A stretch of DNA of 64,000 nucleotides. It comes from Guillardia theta CCMP2712 (lineage: Eukaryota > Protista > Cryptophyta). A program made the position numbers and the translations under genes. Shown piece by piece: positions 1 through 12,057 of this stretch. Positions within the stretch are counted from its first letter, which is position 1; each line of letters begins with the position of its first letter. The notes under the pieces are model-generated. The model did not search any database and was not told where the DNA came from. It was given only the letters and a program-made list of their open reading frames with translations. The stretch spans positions 62,001 through 126,000 of the forward strand of contig NW_005434576.1 in NCBI RefSeq assembly GCF_000315625.1. Reading direction: 5' to 3'.

Positions 1-138
1 TGAGAAGCAGATAGAGAGTTGTCAGGTGCCGAGCCCCCTCGACCTACCGCACGCGAGTCATGCTCCTTCCCCTCTGCTCGCTGCTGTGTTACCGTAGCGC
101 TGTCGAAGCTGGGAGGCACTCATCTCATCGTCCGCCAT
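1..138 (-). CDS. Small repeat protein, 5' part (MADDEMSASQLRQRY/GRGGSAPDNSLSAS...), runs off the window start
   Basis: ATG at 138; a 49-nt GT-AG intron (92-44) splices in frame; the motif D-x-x-S-A-S recurs on both sides of the intron (DEMSASQ, DNSLSAS). Confidence 0.6.
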
Positions 139-2428
139 GTCTCTGGTGTTGGTTGTAGCCTATGAAGAACTCAGGGAGGAAGTTCTGAGCAAACTCAAAG
201 GTTCAGATGAGATGACGATACAAGTAAGGAAGGAGAAAGTGATCATGACTCTAGAAAAGTTCCTTCAAGGAAACAAACGTTCCTCCATCTTCGATCTGCG
301 CATTCCTATCCTGCCAAATTCACCTTTGCCTTACTCTCCCACACCTCTTTCTTCTCGAAGAACAACCACTATCTGGTCAGTCTGTGACGTCATCAAGAAG
401 AGGCCAGCATTGGTTACCGAGAGTCTACCTGACATAACAACCTGAGGGAGAGACTATAGAGATGAGACTTTACTCCTGCCTCTCAACAATCTCCTCTTTC
501 AGGTCGTTACCATCTTCTCACATAGGTGTCACTCTCATCTCAATCTGCCTTTACTCTTTCTCTCATCGACAGCCTCCTCTGCAAGTCAAATCCACATTGC
601 TAGGCCCGTTTCTTGCCCTCCTTCCTCTCCCAGCACCCCTTTATTGCTGCACACACCTGTATCATCCGCTTCACTGACCACATTTCACACAAACCTCGAA
701 ACATGCAGCCACCATCTGCCTATTCATCACGTCTATACCTACTACCTAAACAAATGACACTGTCCCCCCGCTTCCGCTTTTGCACCGCTCGCCTTCGCCG
801 TCACCGTCGCAATCCCCTGCCCCCCCCCCTTCCCCCCACTCTCATTCCTCTCCTCGCCTCTTCCTTCTTCCCCTCTCTTGTCTCCTCCCTCCTCCCTCTC
901 CCTCTCCTTCTGCTCCCTCCTCCTTCCCTTGGCATCCACCAATTTCAGCTTCGTCGTCACGCATTGGTGGTGGGGACCCCACCAAATTGAATATCACCCC
1001 TCATCTCCACACCTCCATATCTCAAAAATTGCTATACCCCTACTAATATCCGTTAGGTACCATACTAAATGAGAGGTACTTTGAGTACCCCATCGACGGA
1101 CTACCCTACTCAGACTCGATACCACCCAATAAAATGTCACAGACCCCTACTACTTCCCCTCACTTGTGGTGGGTGATACTCATCCCCCTCATTCCCCTCT
1201 ACTGCCCCGAACATCTGCCCGATCATCCGGCTCGGCCCGAGTCAGTTCCCGGAGTCTGTTCCGGCATGATGCGGCAACTTGCCGGACTCAAGCACACTGC
1301 CATGTGACTCCGAGCCGCCGGGCCGCTGTGAGTCGGGCCGCCGGGCCGGGTATCCGGGCGGGTCGGCCTCAGTCTCGTCCAGCCCAATGGCGTACTGTAC
1401 CGTACACCGACTCCGCCAAGCCGGGATAGACTCAGTGAGTCATCGGACTGAGAACGTCCTGTGAAAATAAATTTAATGGATTGCGAGCTCCCTTGATCGT
1501 AGGTTTGCCGGCTCAATAGAACATTTGAACTTCAGCTGAAATACTCAAAATCCTGAATTCAAATTTGAAATATTCTTCATTGTCATCTGAAAATCTAAAT
1601 TCTGTACCCCTACATAATCCCAGCGATAACACCGGTAATCGAAAATGCCAGGACCCTCGTGATGCAGTACCCCTATGGCTTAGCGCTTTTGACACCCCTC
1701 CTTTTGCCACTCCCTGCCCCACGCGCCCCTACCCCTACCCCATGTCCCTTCAGGACTACCCCTACTTTGTCGAACCCCATGATTCCGATTTTATCCTGTT
1801 GGCAAGGGGTACGGTAGTGGCAAAATTCGGGGGGCTCCATTAAAAAGCTTCAATGTGAGGAGATTTTATATGTTGTAACTCATTATAAAACTCATATCCT
1901 TCTCTCTTGTCCCTTTTTTCCGCGTCATGATATTCAAGCGGGGGTCCTGCAGTCTTAACGTATCACCCTACCCACCCTATTCATCAACAATAGTACCCCT
2001 ACCCCCTATAGTCTCCCGCTCCTTGCCCTCCCCTCCTGCATCCCTTGCTCCCTCCTACCCTCCCCACGCAGCACCCCCTTCTTACCTCCTCCCGCACTCA
2101 GTCGCCACCTCCTCCCACCTTCCTCCTCCCTCCGACTCGAAGCCAACCCCTCCTTGCTTCTCCTCTCCTCTTCTCTGCTCTCCGCACTTCACCGCTTGTC
2201 CTTCTATGCCCAAATAGCCCGCAGGGGGTGTCCCTTCTGCACCCTATTTGCAGTGAAGTTGCTCAGAAGCATAGCGGCAAATCGACGTGAATTGAACACC
2301 CTCAGCCTGCTGCATAGCAGACGCAAGAGATACCAGCTCGTCTCTCTGCCAGTCGTGCGAAACTGCAGCCCATTCTTGCGGTCAGGAGTTGTGGTGAAGG
2401 GGTGGCTGTCACGTGAGCCGGGAGAAGG

Positions 2429-5400
2429 ATGATGGTCGATAGCAATCACACAGTGTGCGACAAGATGGATGTTGATGCTCCTCCCTCCTTCCTGGCCAAC
2501 GAGATCGACCATGCCGACGAACCCGAGGCGCTGGTGATCGAGCCATGCGGAGATATCATGGAGTATGTGGTCGGGGACGCCAAAGATGATGCTTCCACGG
2601 CCACCGGCAAGCGGGCGAAGGAGGCAAACATCATAGAGCATACCAATGGCGAGGAGCACATGGATGTGAATGGGGCTGTGCCAGCTGGAGACGAGAAGAC
2701 ATCTTCGGACGAAGATGACAAGTCATCTCCTTGCGGCAAGCAAAGAAGCGAATCACAAGAGAAAGCAGAGAGGCAAACTGAAGCAGGTGAACATGATGAT
2801 GATATCTAGACGTCTCATGCAGGGAAACGATTGACATGTCTTTCTCGTGCACAGCAGTGGATGCGAAGGATGCCCCAAGTGAAAGTCATTCATCAGATGC
2901 AGCCAACGCGTCAGTTGAGGTCCGTGCTTTGCGTGATGAGAGATTCTGTTGTGTACTGACCTTGGAGAAGGATGACGGCCCTCAAGAGCTGCATGAAAGT
3001 GCAGATGTCGATCAAGATTCTTCCAAGCAAGTCGAAGGACAAGCCAGAGCCAAACGTAGTGCCACAGACCCTCCTTCCCAAGGAAACCCGTCCTCTGGGG
3101 CTGATGATCAGGAACAAGACACCGGGAAAGCTGCTCAAGGAGAGCAAGGATCGCATGATAGTACTGAAAGGCAAGTCACCCAAGAAGATGTGGAAGAACA
3201 GACTCAGAACGATGGTAAAGAAGGGATGCTGAACAAGAAGGAATCTGCAGGTCTCACCAATGACAAGGATTCCTCCTCCCACTACGCTGGTGACTCCAAG
3301 AAGAATAGTTCGAACTCTGCGTCTGCTGTGACAGAGCATCCTGTACAAGATTCTGAACAAGTAGAGCAGAGGAAGAGCGAGTCCCCGAATGAGGAGGAAT
3401 CGCCGAGGGCAGAGGAAGACACTATCTCTGAAGAGAAGGACGACGATGCGAATCCAGACGATGCTTCAGAGACTGCGTCAAAGACTGTGCAGAAGTCTTC
3501 TTCTCAATGCAAGAATGACAGGGACAATGCCGCGTCAAATCAAGGAGGCAGTCCGAACGACGATGAAGCCGACGATGCTGCAGAAGAGGAAGAGAAGATG
3601 GATGACAATCTGTCTCAGGAAGATCCGATGGACACTGAAGGATCGTTGGCTACCAACTCGCCCATGTTGAAGAGGGAAACATCATCCTTAAAGGATGAGG
3701 AGGAAGAGCGATCTGATACCGAGGCTTTGCAAAGCCAGGAGGAGCTGGGCGAGGCAGGGGTAAGAGCCTATCGTCTTGTTCCCCCCTCATGGCTGACATT
3801 TTATACAGAATGATTCTGGTAAACGAGAAAGGAGTTCAAGCCGCAGGTTCTTTTGTTTTTTCCTCTTGCTGTTGTTGCTGGGTTGCTGAAATGAATGCCA
3901 GGAACACTCGCCCACAGAATCGAAGAGACACGAAGTCAAGTGAGAAGAACCGAAAGAAGAGCAGGAAAGAAGCATCCACACCTTCAGCAGAGAATGATCA
4001 GACACAATTGGAAACGAGTGCAGAGCAATCGAATCAAGACGACGACAACAAGGCGAGTCAATCGACTGTTGGGGACGATGAGGTGAGCGAATGACATGGT
4101 TGGTGTTTCGTTGACTCGATCGCAGGAGAACCTTGTCAAAACTGCAAGGGATCAAGAGGACGATGACTCAAAGATTGGCATTGAAGCGAATGGATCTACT
4201 TCCATGAGCAAGTCGACCTGCCGGAGGAAGCGACCGCGAGCACTCGAGAAGCCTGATGTACCCGCTGTGATCGGCCCCAGAAGGAACGTTCTAACTGCTC
4301 AACTCAGGAGATGGGCGATCCAATCCCTTCACCAAAGTTTCCGTCGTGGGACCCTACCCGACCGCTGCCAACCTGGGTTCCCTCACTAGCGCCCGCTCCG
4401 ACTAGTAGCTGACCATTGTTGCTACAGGCGTTGGACCTTGAGAACACAGAGATCACGGAGGAGGAGAAGCAGGCAGTGCCAGAGTTCTTCTGCGGTCGAC
4501 CAATCAAGACCCCAGAGAGGTTAGTTGAATGAAAGGGAGGGAAAGGAGGGAGGAGCAGTTGCGAGGTGCAGAATGGGGGAGTTGACGCCTATTTCAGGTA
4601 TTTGGATATCAGGAAACATTTGCAGCGCCTGTGGTTGTCGCAGAAGCCAAGATATCTGAAGAAATCAAGGTTTGTGGGAAGCCCTCTCGTTTGCTCGTGA
4701 CCTTCTCCCTTGTGTTTTGCTTCCCCGACTCGTTCCTGACTGGTTCCTCGTCCCCTTCCCTCCTCGTCCCCTCTCCCCCTCTCCCCCAGTCTTGTATAAT
4801 GACCTTTTATCCTTCAGCTGTCTGGGCATCAAGGGAGACGTGAACGCAATCGGAAGAGTTCACGCTTACCTGGAGGTCAGCTCTTGACGCCCCTTCCCTT
4901 GTCCATAACGCGAGCTTGACAGACTATCGGAGTGATCAATGTTGGGCACATCAGCGCGCAGATGGAGAAGGAAGCATCGGCAGCAAACAGAAAAGACTCT
5001 TCGAGGAGAGATCGACCGAAACAAGTGAGAGGAGTCTTGCGGTCTCTTGTGAGGCACAAAGGTGACTTGAAGGCTGTACAGTCAAGCAAGAATCGGAACG
5101 CGCGTAAGGACAAGGATCGTTCCGATGACCAGGTGAGTTGCCTCGCACGTGCCCCCGTCTCCCTTAACCCTCATCAGGCCCGTGATCGAAACAACGAAGC
5201 CGAAGTGAATCCCGACTCCTTCCAGCGCCTCCTCAACAACGTGAGAGCCAACACGCGTCCTCATACCCCAAAACACCTCTCTCCCCATCGTCCCATCCGT
5301 TTTTCTTGGTCTGCTGACGCCACGTGCAGGCATGTTGTCGCGAAGAGCATTCGTTCGACTCCCTGCTAGAGAAGGAACGTCGCAAGAAGAAGGTCTCCTC

Positions 5401-7392
5401 CTGAGAGTCACCAACTCCCTCCTCCTCCTCTGACACAGAGAGCCAGAATCGAACCGAGGCCTGGCTGACATCGAGCTCAAGTGTGGACCAGGTCTTGAAG
5501 CTCACACCGAATGTGTTTCCTCCTCCTTTTTCTGCGCTCCTGTGATGTTCGTTTCATTTCCTCACTTGCCCTCCTGCCTATCCTCATCTCCTTTCCTCAT
5601 CTTCTCTCACTGCACGTTTTCGATGCTCACCTGCTCAACAGAATGGAGGATACCAAGGAGGATCTGGAGTCTGTGTCCTCATGTTGTCACCGGGCGAAGT
5701 CAATCAGGTCAGTACAACAATCTGCTCGGCTCTGCTCTGCTCTGCTCTGCTCGCCTTCCTCTCTCCTCTCACTATTGCTCATGTCACCTTCTGTTCTCAG
5801 AGATTCCGAGTTATGGAGGCTCTTCATCAGCAGCAGATGGAAACGAAGAAGAAGGTTCAGGTACCTCCTCCTCCTCCTCCTCTTCCTCTGATTTTTTCTT
5901 TTCTCCAGCGAAACACCCAATGTCGTCCGGGGGTGAAACCAAATCACTCGAGCGAACGAGTAGAGGAGGTTGAGGGTGAGAAGAAGGTTACCTGTCTCCT
6001 AGTTCTGATGTTGTGTCAAAGGTGACACTGTGGAGGAAGTTTCTTCAAGACAACCACACGAGGTTGTTGCTCTACCTCAGTCTTGATGACTTTAGTTTCT
6101 TTCTTTCTCATCGACCTCCCCTGCTTCCCCCCCATCGCTCCTGTGCGATGTCCTATCTGAACTTCCCATGTCGGCGATTTTCCCGTCTTCCCTGCTTGCT
6201 TCTCTTTCTTGCCTCCCTCTACCTCGTTTTGACCTTCTGCAGATTCTGGCTTCATTGGATCACACGACTCTTAAGAAGTATCGGCGGCAATTCCGCCTCG
6301 ACATGCCCCTGCAGGTCATCCAGCTCTCTCTCCCTCCCTCCCCTCCCTCCCCTCCCTCCCCTCCCTCTTCTGCCTCCACCCTCTCTCCCTCCTCTCCCTC
6401 CTCTCCCTCGGAACTTGTTTGCTGACGCTTTCAGCAGGCGCCTCGTGAAGAGCTTGCCGAGGTGGTGGCGACCCACTTCTCCTCCAACAGGGTCCCAGCA
6501 GAGCATGTGAGGATCTGACGAGTCTCCTGCTGCTCACCACTCACCCGCCCTGGCTCAGATGACAATCATGAAGTTCCTTGAAGTCGTGAAGAAGAGAAAA
6601 GTAGGACAGAAGGGAGGGGGAGGGAGGGAGGCTGACTAGAGTTGGCAGGGGGGAGGAGCCGCTATCATCAACACCCTAGAGAACAAGCGAGCGATGCAGC
6701 GAGCCCTGGTGAGTCGATGTGGAGGTGAAGTAGCTTCCTGTGCTCAAACTTGCTTCAGCAGCAAGAGGAGGACCGCCCTGAAACATCGACCGAGGAAGAG
6801 AGTGAAGTTTACACCATAGAGATGGTGGGCCATTTGGACCCATTCCTCTTCCCCCGTCTCTCCTCCTCTTGTTCCTCGTCCTCCCCATCCTCCTCTGCTG
6901 ACACCCTTCTCGCAGGATGGTCAGCGTATCGAGTTCAACCTCGGAGCGAAGGTGGGAGCGGCAGCAAGGGACTCACTTCTCCTCACCTTCACTCGCAGGT
7001 CACTGTCCTCTATGATGACGGCGAGTGGTACCCGGGCGAGATCTGCTCCTACACCGAAACAACTGGGAAATTTCGCTTCAAGCTTACTGAGGTATCCTCC
7101 TTCCTTGGCTCCCCGCCCCCCTTTCTTGAGACTTACTGACTCCCGTCCTCTACTACCCGACTGCTTCCTCCCGGCCCCCCCCCCCCACCCATGAGATGTC
7201 TGACTCCCGTCCTCTACTACCTGACTGCTTCCTCCCCACACACACACCCATGAGATGTCTGACTCCCGTTCTTCTTACTACCGACTGCTTCCTCCGGCCC
7301 CCCCATCCATGAGATGTCTGCAGGTGATCAAGAGCGCTTCAGACGCGAACCCGAACGCGATCGTGCCTGGAGGACCTCCGGTGAAGGTCTGA
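2429..7392 (+). CDS. Multi-exon chromatin protein: acidic disordered N-terminus, MYSM1-type SWIRM domain, SAP30/Sin3-binding-like segment, C-terminal Tudor-like domain
   Basis: Spliced exons 4428-4950 give [71 protein letters not shown] (SWIRM). ~6243-6600 gives [18 protein letters not shown]...[11 protein letters not shown]...IMKFL. ~7000-7090 gives [18 protein letters not shown]. Last exon ends with TGA at 7390-7392. Confidence 0.75.
7134..7320. repeat. Three copies of a ~60-nt unit (ctgactcccgtcctctactacc...cccatgagatgt) inside the last intron of the SWIRM gene
   Basis: Directly visible imperfect direct repeats. Confidence 0.85.
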
Positions 7393-7764
7393 CGGCAGCC
7401 CTGCCATGCTCCCTCTCACCCCCTTGCAGTCTCGAGCGGAGAAGGAGGTGGAGAAGGAGGAGGCGGCCAAGGCTGCGGCACTCGCGTCGTCAGGCATGCA
7501 GTCTCCCGGTGGGCCAGGAGGTTTGGGTCAAGCTGCAGGAGCTTCCAACGGTAGCAACGCGGGTGGCAGCGCCGTGTGGCAATAGAAGTGTATTGAATAG
7601 CGTAAAGTCAATGAATGCTGTTGTCTGTCCTGTCCTCCTCCCTTTCTCCAGGCTCCTCTCTCCTCGCCCCTCCTGCAAGCTCTCTTCCTTGTCTTCTCTC
7701 AAGCTCTCTTCCATCTCTTCTCTCAAGGCTCGCGCTGCCTTCGGATGACTCATGTCGACTCACT

Positions 7765-8815
7765 TCAAACTTTCTCGTCCTCTTCGTCTTGTCTTGTCCA
7801 TGCCGTTCCCTTGCGGCTGGCCGAGTAGAAGGTGGAGCCATAGAAGGCTTGACGGGAGGAGAGCTCGTAGGGAAGATCGTCGTTACCGGGCTTGAGCACG
7901 AGGGATTGAATGCCTGCATTGCGGAGCACGTTGCTCTTGAGCAGCCCTGCCTCAGAGAGGTTGTTCATGGACAGGTCGAGCACTTTCATCTTCCTCAGTT
8001 TGTTGATGGCCTTGGGGAGATCGACGATCAGGTTCTCGTTGAGGTACAGCTCTCGCATGTGTGAGCATTTGGAGATGGAGTTTGGAATTTCTGCTATCCT
8101 GTTTCCTGTCAAGACAAGCACCTGAATCTTGAGCTCTGAGCTTTCAAACTCAGGCAAAGTCTTGATGCTATTGTGTGACAAGACAATGATTGTCACGCTC
8201 TTCAAGCTCCAGATCCCTGAGGGAAGAGCGTGAATGTCGTTGTTGTTGAGAATGAGGGAGGAAAGAGCTGCAAGATGCTGCGTCGCTTCCGGTATGATCA
8301 CAATCTGATTGTGTCCAACCCTGAGGGTCTGCAGGCTCTTGACCAGGGGAGTCTCCTGTATCTGTGAAGGACCGGCTCCTCGCTTCTTGGTGAAGAGAAA
8401 ATCCATGGCGTCCAGCTGGTTGGCCGAGACTCTGAGGACGTTGACTGAGATCTGTTGTAGGCTTGCAGGAAGAGATCGGAGCCAGTTGCTGCAGCAGTGA
8501 AGCTCTTGCAGAGACGTCATCAGGTCGATCTGGGGAGGAAGCGAGGTGAGTTTGTTCCCATCTAGAAAGACCTTGGTGATCTGACTGAGAACGCTGGCAG
8601 GGAGGACTGACAGACGCAGTTTCAGCACTTGATGACTGTAGCCCCTGTCCCGCACATCGATAGTCTTTGTGAAGACTGATGCTGCGATCCCCATAATGAA
8701 GTGATCAAGGGTTTGATGAGACGAGCATGCTTTTGTTCTTATCGTACCTCCTGAAGTTATGTCCAGAGTTGAAATGCAATCACTTAGAATGTCTTCCTGT
8801 GTTTGATCTGATCCC
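7765..8815 (-). CDS. Leucine-rich repeat protein (LRR exon; further exons probably upstream and downstream)
   Basis: ORF 7765-8694 has repeated LxxLxLxxNxL/IxxLP units; the frame stays open upstream to a TAG near 8816. Confidence 0.85.
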
Positions 8816-9052
8816 TAAGATGGGATAAAGAGCGTCTTCGAACGAGTAATGACATCTGCCAACACAATTCAAAATTCTGCCTGAGATGGAGTTTGAGATA
8901 TCAGACTCCTTCTTGCTTTCTCTGTCAAATTGCAAATCGTTTCAAGAAAACTTCAACTCTCGTTCTCTCATCATCCTAGTCTTTCAAGCATACTCTTCCT
9001 CTTCCCTCCTCTTGCTTCACACATGTGAAACATCATACGCTCCTCCCCCTCC

Positions 9053-9152
9053 NNNNNNNNNNNNNNNNNNNNNNNNNNNNNNNNNNNNNNNNNNNNNNNN
9101 NNNNNNNNNNNNNNNNNNNNNNNNNNNNNNNNNNNNNNNNNNNNNNNNNNNN
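9053..9152. other. Assembly gap (100 N)
   Basis: Run of exactly 100 N flanked by C-rich sequence. Confidence 0.99.
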
Positions 9153-9542
9153 CTTCCCAACCTCCCTGCACTGCCTCATTTCATGTGCATCGGAGCTCCC
9201 ATTGACCGGACCTAATGAATGCAGCAGGTGAACGTAAAACACAGACGAGACGTCGCAGCCGACCTGTCGCTCTCCTCCACGCAGATGACGTTCATTCAAG
9301 CTCTGCTCCTCTAGTGCAGTTGACTCTAATCCCCTCCCCTCCTCCTGTGATCGCGATACTTCCGACTATCCGCGTCTCCTGCTCCAGACGTCCACAGCAT
9401 TTCTGTCTCCTCCTGGTCCTGCTGCTTTAGCTACGATATCTCTTACCCCTCACCTTCCTTTGTTGACAACACTAATGTGCCTCACTTGCTTGTAACGAAC
9501 AAGGAGGGGAAGGAGAATGAAACTGCGACCAAGGCAGAAATC

Positions 9543-10920
9543 TCAAGGCAGCAGCAGTGACTCTGAAGTCAAGATCTGAGATAAGTTCTGTTGTGAGATG
9601 AAGGGGATTGTACTGAAACATTTGAGAACAACTTCTTTGTGGCGTTCTGAAATTTGTTTGCTATCCGAAGCATCACAGATAGTAGCATATATAAGCAATC
9701 TTGCTGTTACCAACGAATGAGAGGAGGAACACAAAGACGATGAGGACGAAAGTATGATTGAATGCCTTTCAAGTATCAGATTTGCTGTGAACGACCTATG
9801 TTGACAGTTCTTGAACATAAATGCATTCCTCAAACCATTTACCATGGTAGACCATGATTCATTCTCAGAGATTAAATTAGCCAACAGCAACCAAATCCTA
9901 GTTTACCTCGTCTAGCTCTTCAACCTCAACTCGAGATGCGCATGGAGGGGATGGAGATAATTTACAGCAGCTTTCAACTTTCAGGCCATGTGGCTCGAGA
10001 TGTTCTATTTACTTCATAAATCTCTTTGCCCACTGTGTCAGAACAATTCACATTGTTTTATCCCCTTTTGAATTATCTACAGGCGTCTACCCCTAATCTC
10101 TTCTCAGCAGCATGTATCATCACTCTTTTCTTTATCGCGTGCTCTTCTCTCCCTCACTTTGGGGAAGGGACGGGGGTTGGAAGAAAAGCTCCAAGGCAGA
10201 CTGCTCTTGCTCTGAGTGGTTCGACCTGTTGCCAAAGTCTTCGAATCGCCTTCCAGCTGCACTGATGCCTAGGGACTACCAATTGCTGGGCTACACACCA
10301 AGTTGCGACATGTTCAATAGGACCGGCAGAACAAGGATAAGGACGCAGGAGATCGAAGAGCGGGTCGCCATTGTGACGATGGTTGGCTTCATTTAAGGCT
10401 GACGGTCGATGACTTCGTTGCCACAACCATCGTCTTCCCGTCATGTTTCATCCCCGTGATCCAATCGCCACGGGAAAGTAGTCCCATTGCAGATATCCTG
10501 CAGCCCTTCCCTATGAATTCTTTAAGCTTGTTAGGATGACCCAATTTACCTTGTTTCCTCCCCTGGATTATGCAGATCGTCTTGAAAGTTGTTCTTCAGA
10601 TTTATGTCCTCTTGTAATCTCGCCTAACCCGTCTGAAACCTGTCTCTAACCTTGAGAGTATCTTTCGGACCGTCGTCTGCTCCACTCAACCATTCGCGCG
10701 TAGTGCCTCTTGACAAAGGACCTTGCGAACTCATCCAAGGCCTTGTGATATTCACTGAGGAGACTGCCGACAGCTTGAGCTTCGTTGCATCCGCATCATT
10801 CACTATCCAGCTTCCTGTCAAGCATGATGATACATTCGCACATTGCCCGAACTTGGTTGACTCATGCATGCACAAGGAGCCAACCTCTCCCTGGATCATG
10901 TTCTCACGAGCAATCAACAT
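9543..10920 (-). CDS. Probable coding exons of unknown function, possibly the N-terminal part of the LRR gene
   Basis: ORFs 9543-9890 and 10624-10920 have protein-like composition on the same strand as the LRR exon; no recognisable motif. Confidence 0.3.
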
Positions 10921-12057
10921 GTTTGATAGGGTGATTTTACTGGTAAAATGAATGACTGATATTTTACTACCCCAACTGCTCTGAGGCGAGCTCTCTTGTA
11001 TTAGGATCTCATCCGGCTCATGTCACCAGTTCAAAAGGTACCAGCTACAAGACTTTTATTTAAAACCATTGTATGGCACCCCACCCAGCCTTGAAACTAC
11101 TCAAATTGGGAAAAGGCAGGGGTTGTAATTCAATAAAAACCTGGGGTGAGAGAGGGTCCTTATCAGTACAGGCACCACCTATCTGTTCTGCCTGCTGACA
11201 AAGGGCCGCGATTGAATTATCGAAAAGGAACGTTTTGGGGTTGATCATTGCTTTTATAATGGAACAGCCACCCCATGTCATGAGCACAAGTACCCCCCTC
11301 CTCCTATCTATGCCACACTAGCGACTGGTTCACGAGGACCATGAACTTGCCTCTTGCAAGGCTTAAATGGACCGGTACTATTAATACCTCACTGGTCACC
11401 ACCCCCTTCACGACCTGTTCTTACCCCAGAAAGCACAACGTTTGATTTACCACCCCCTCCCTCCTCTCAGAATTACGAGGAGGACACGGAGCCATCACGG
11501 ACCCTACCCACCCTCCTCAGTATCACCGGGCATATTGATTACACCCCACCCTCTTGAACGATTCCCCTACTACCGGTCTTTTTCAATTCCTAAGTACCGG
11601 TCATTTTACTTAAAAGATACCCGTGCCCGCATGTATTTTTTGTACCCTACCCCCAGGTCGAAATTTACACCGTCGCCTTCACATTGCACCCACCCACCCC
11701 GATGGTCCACAGCAAACTCAAAATGGACAGAGCCGCATGTTGTCTGCGGCATTGGAGCGTCCAATGACTCGTTCCCTCCCCCTTGTTTGTCTTCTCCCTT
11801 TCCTCCTCTCTTCTTTCTCTCCACTTTAACTGGTTCTGTACATTGTAGTTCGCTCCAGATATCTCCTTCAGGGCTTGAAATCCCAGCAAACTTCACGAGG
11901 GTTGTTTCTACCCCGGAGGATTCTTCCTGTTTGCGTCCATTCTCACCGCAAGAAAAGTTCGGGAAAACGTTTATCTAACAACAATTCGTATTGTCGAACC
12001 TTCAAAGTTGCTGGAACAAAAGAGTAGAGGCGTTGCAGGACTCTGGGAGACAAAGTC

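Noticed and set aside
300-965. Possible additional minus-strand gene upstream of the SASQLR gene
   Set aside because: Splice models tried hit early stops; mostly GA-rich low complexity.
8886-9299. ORFs spanning the N run
   Set aside because: Artefacts of the assembly gap.
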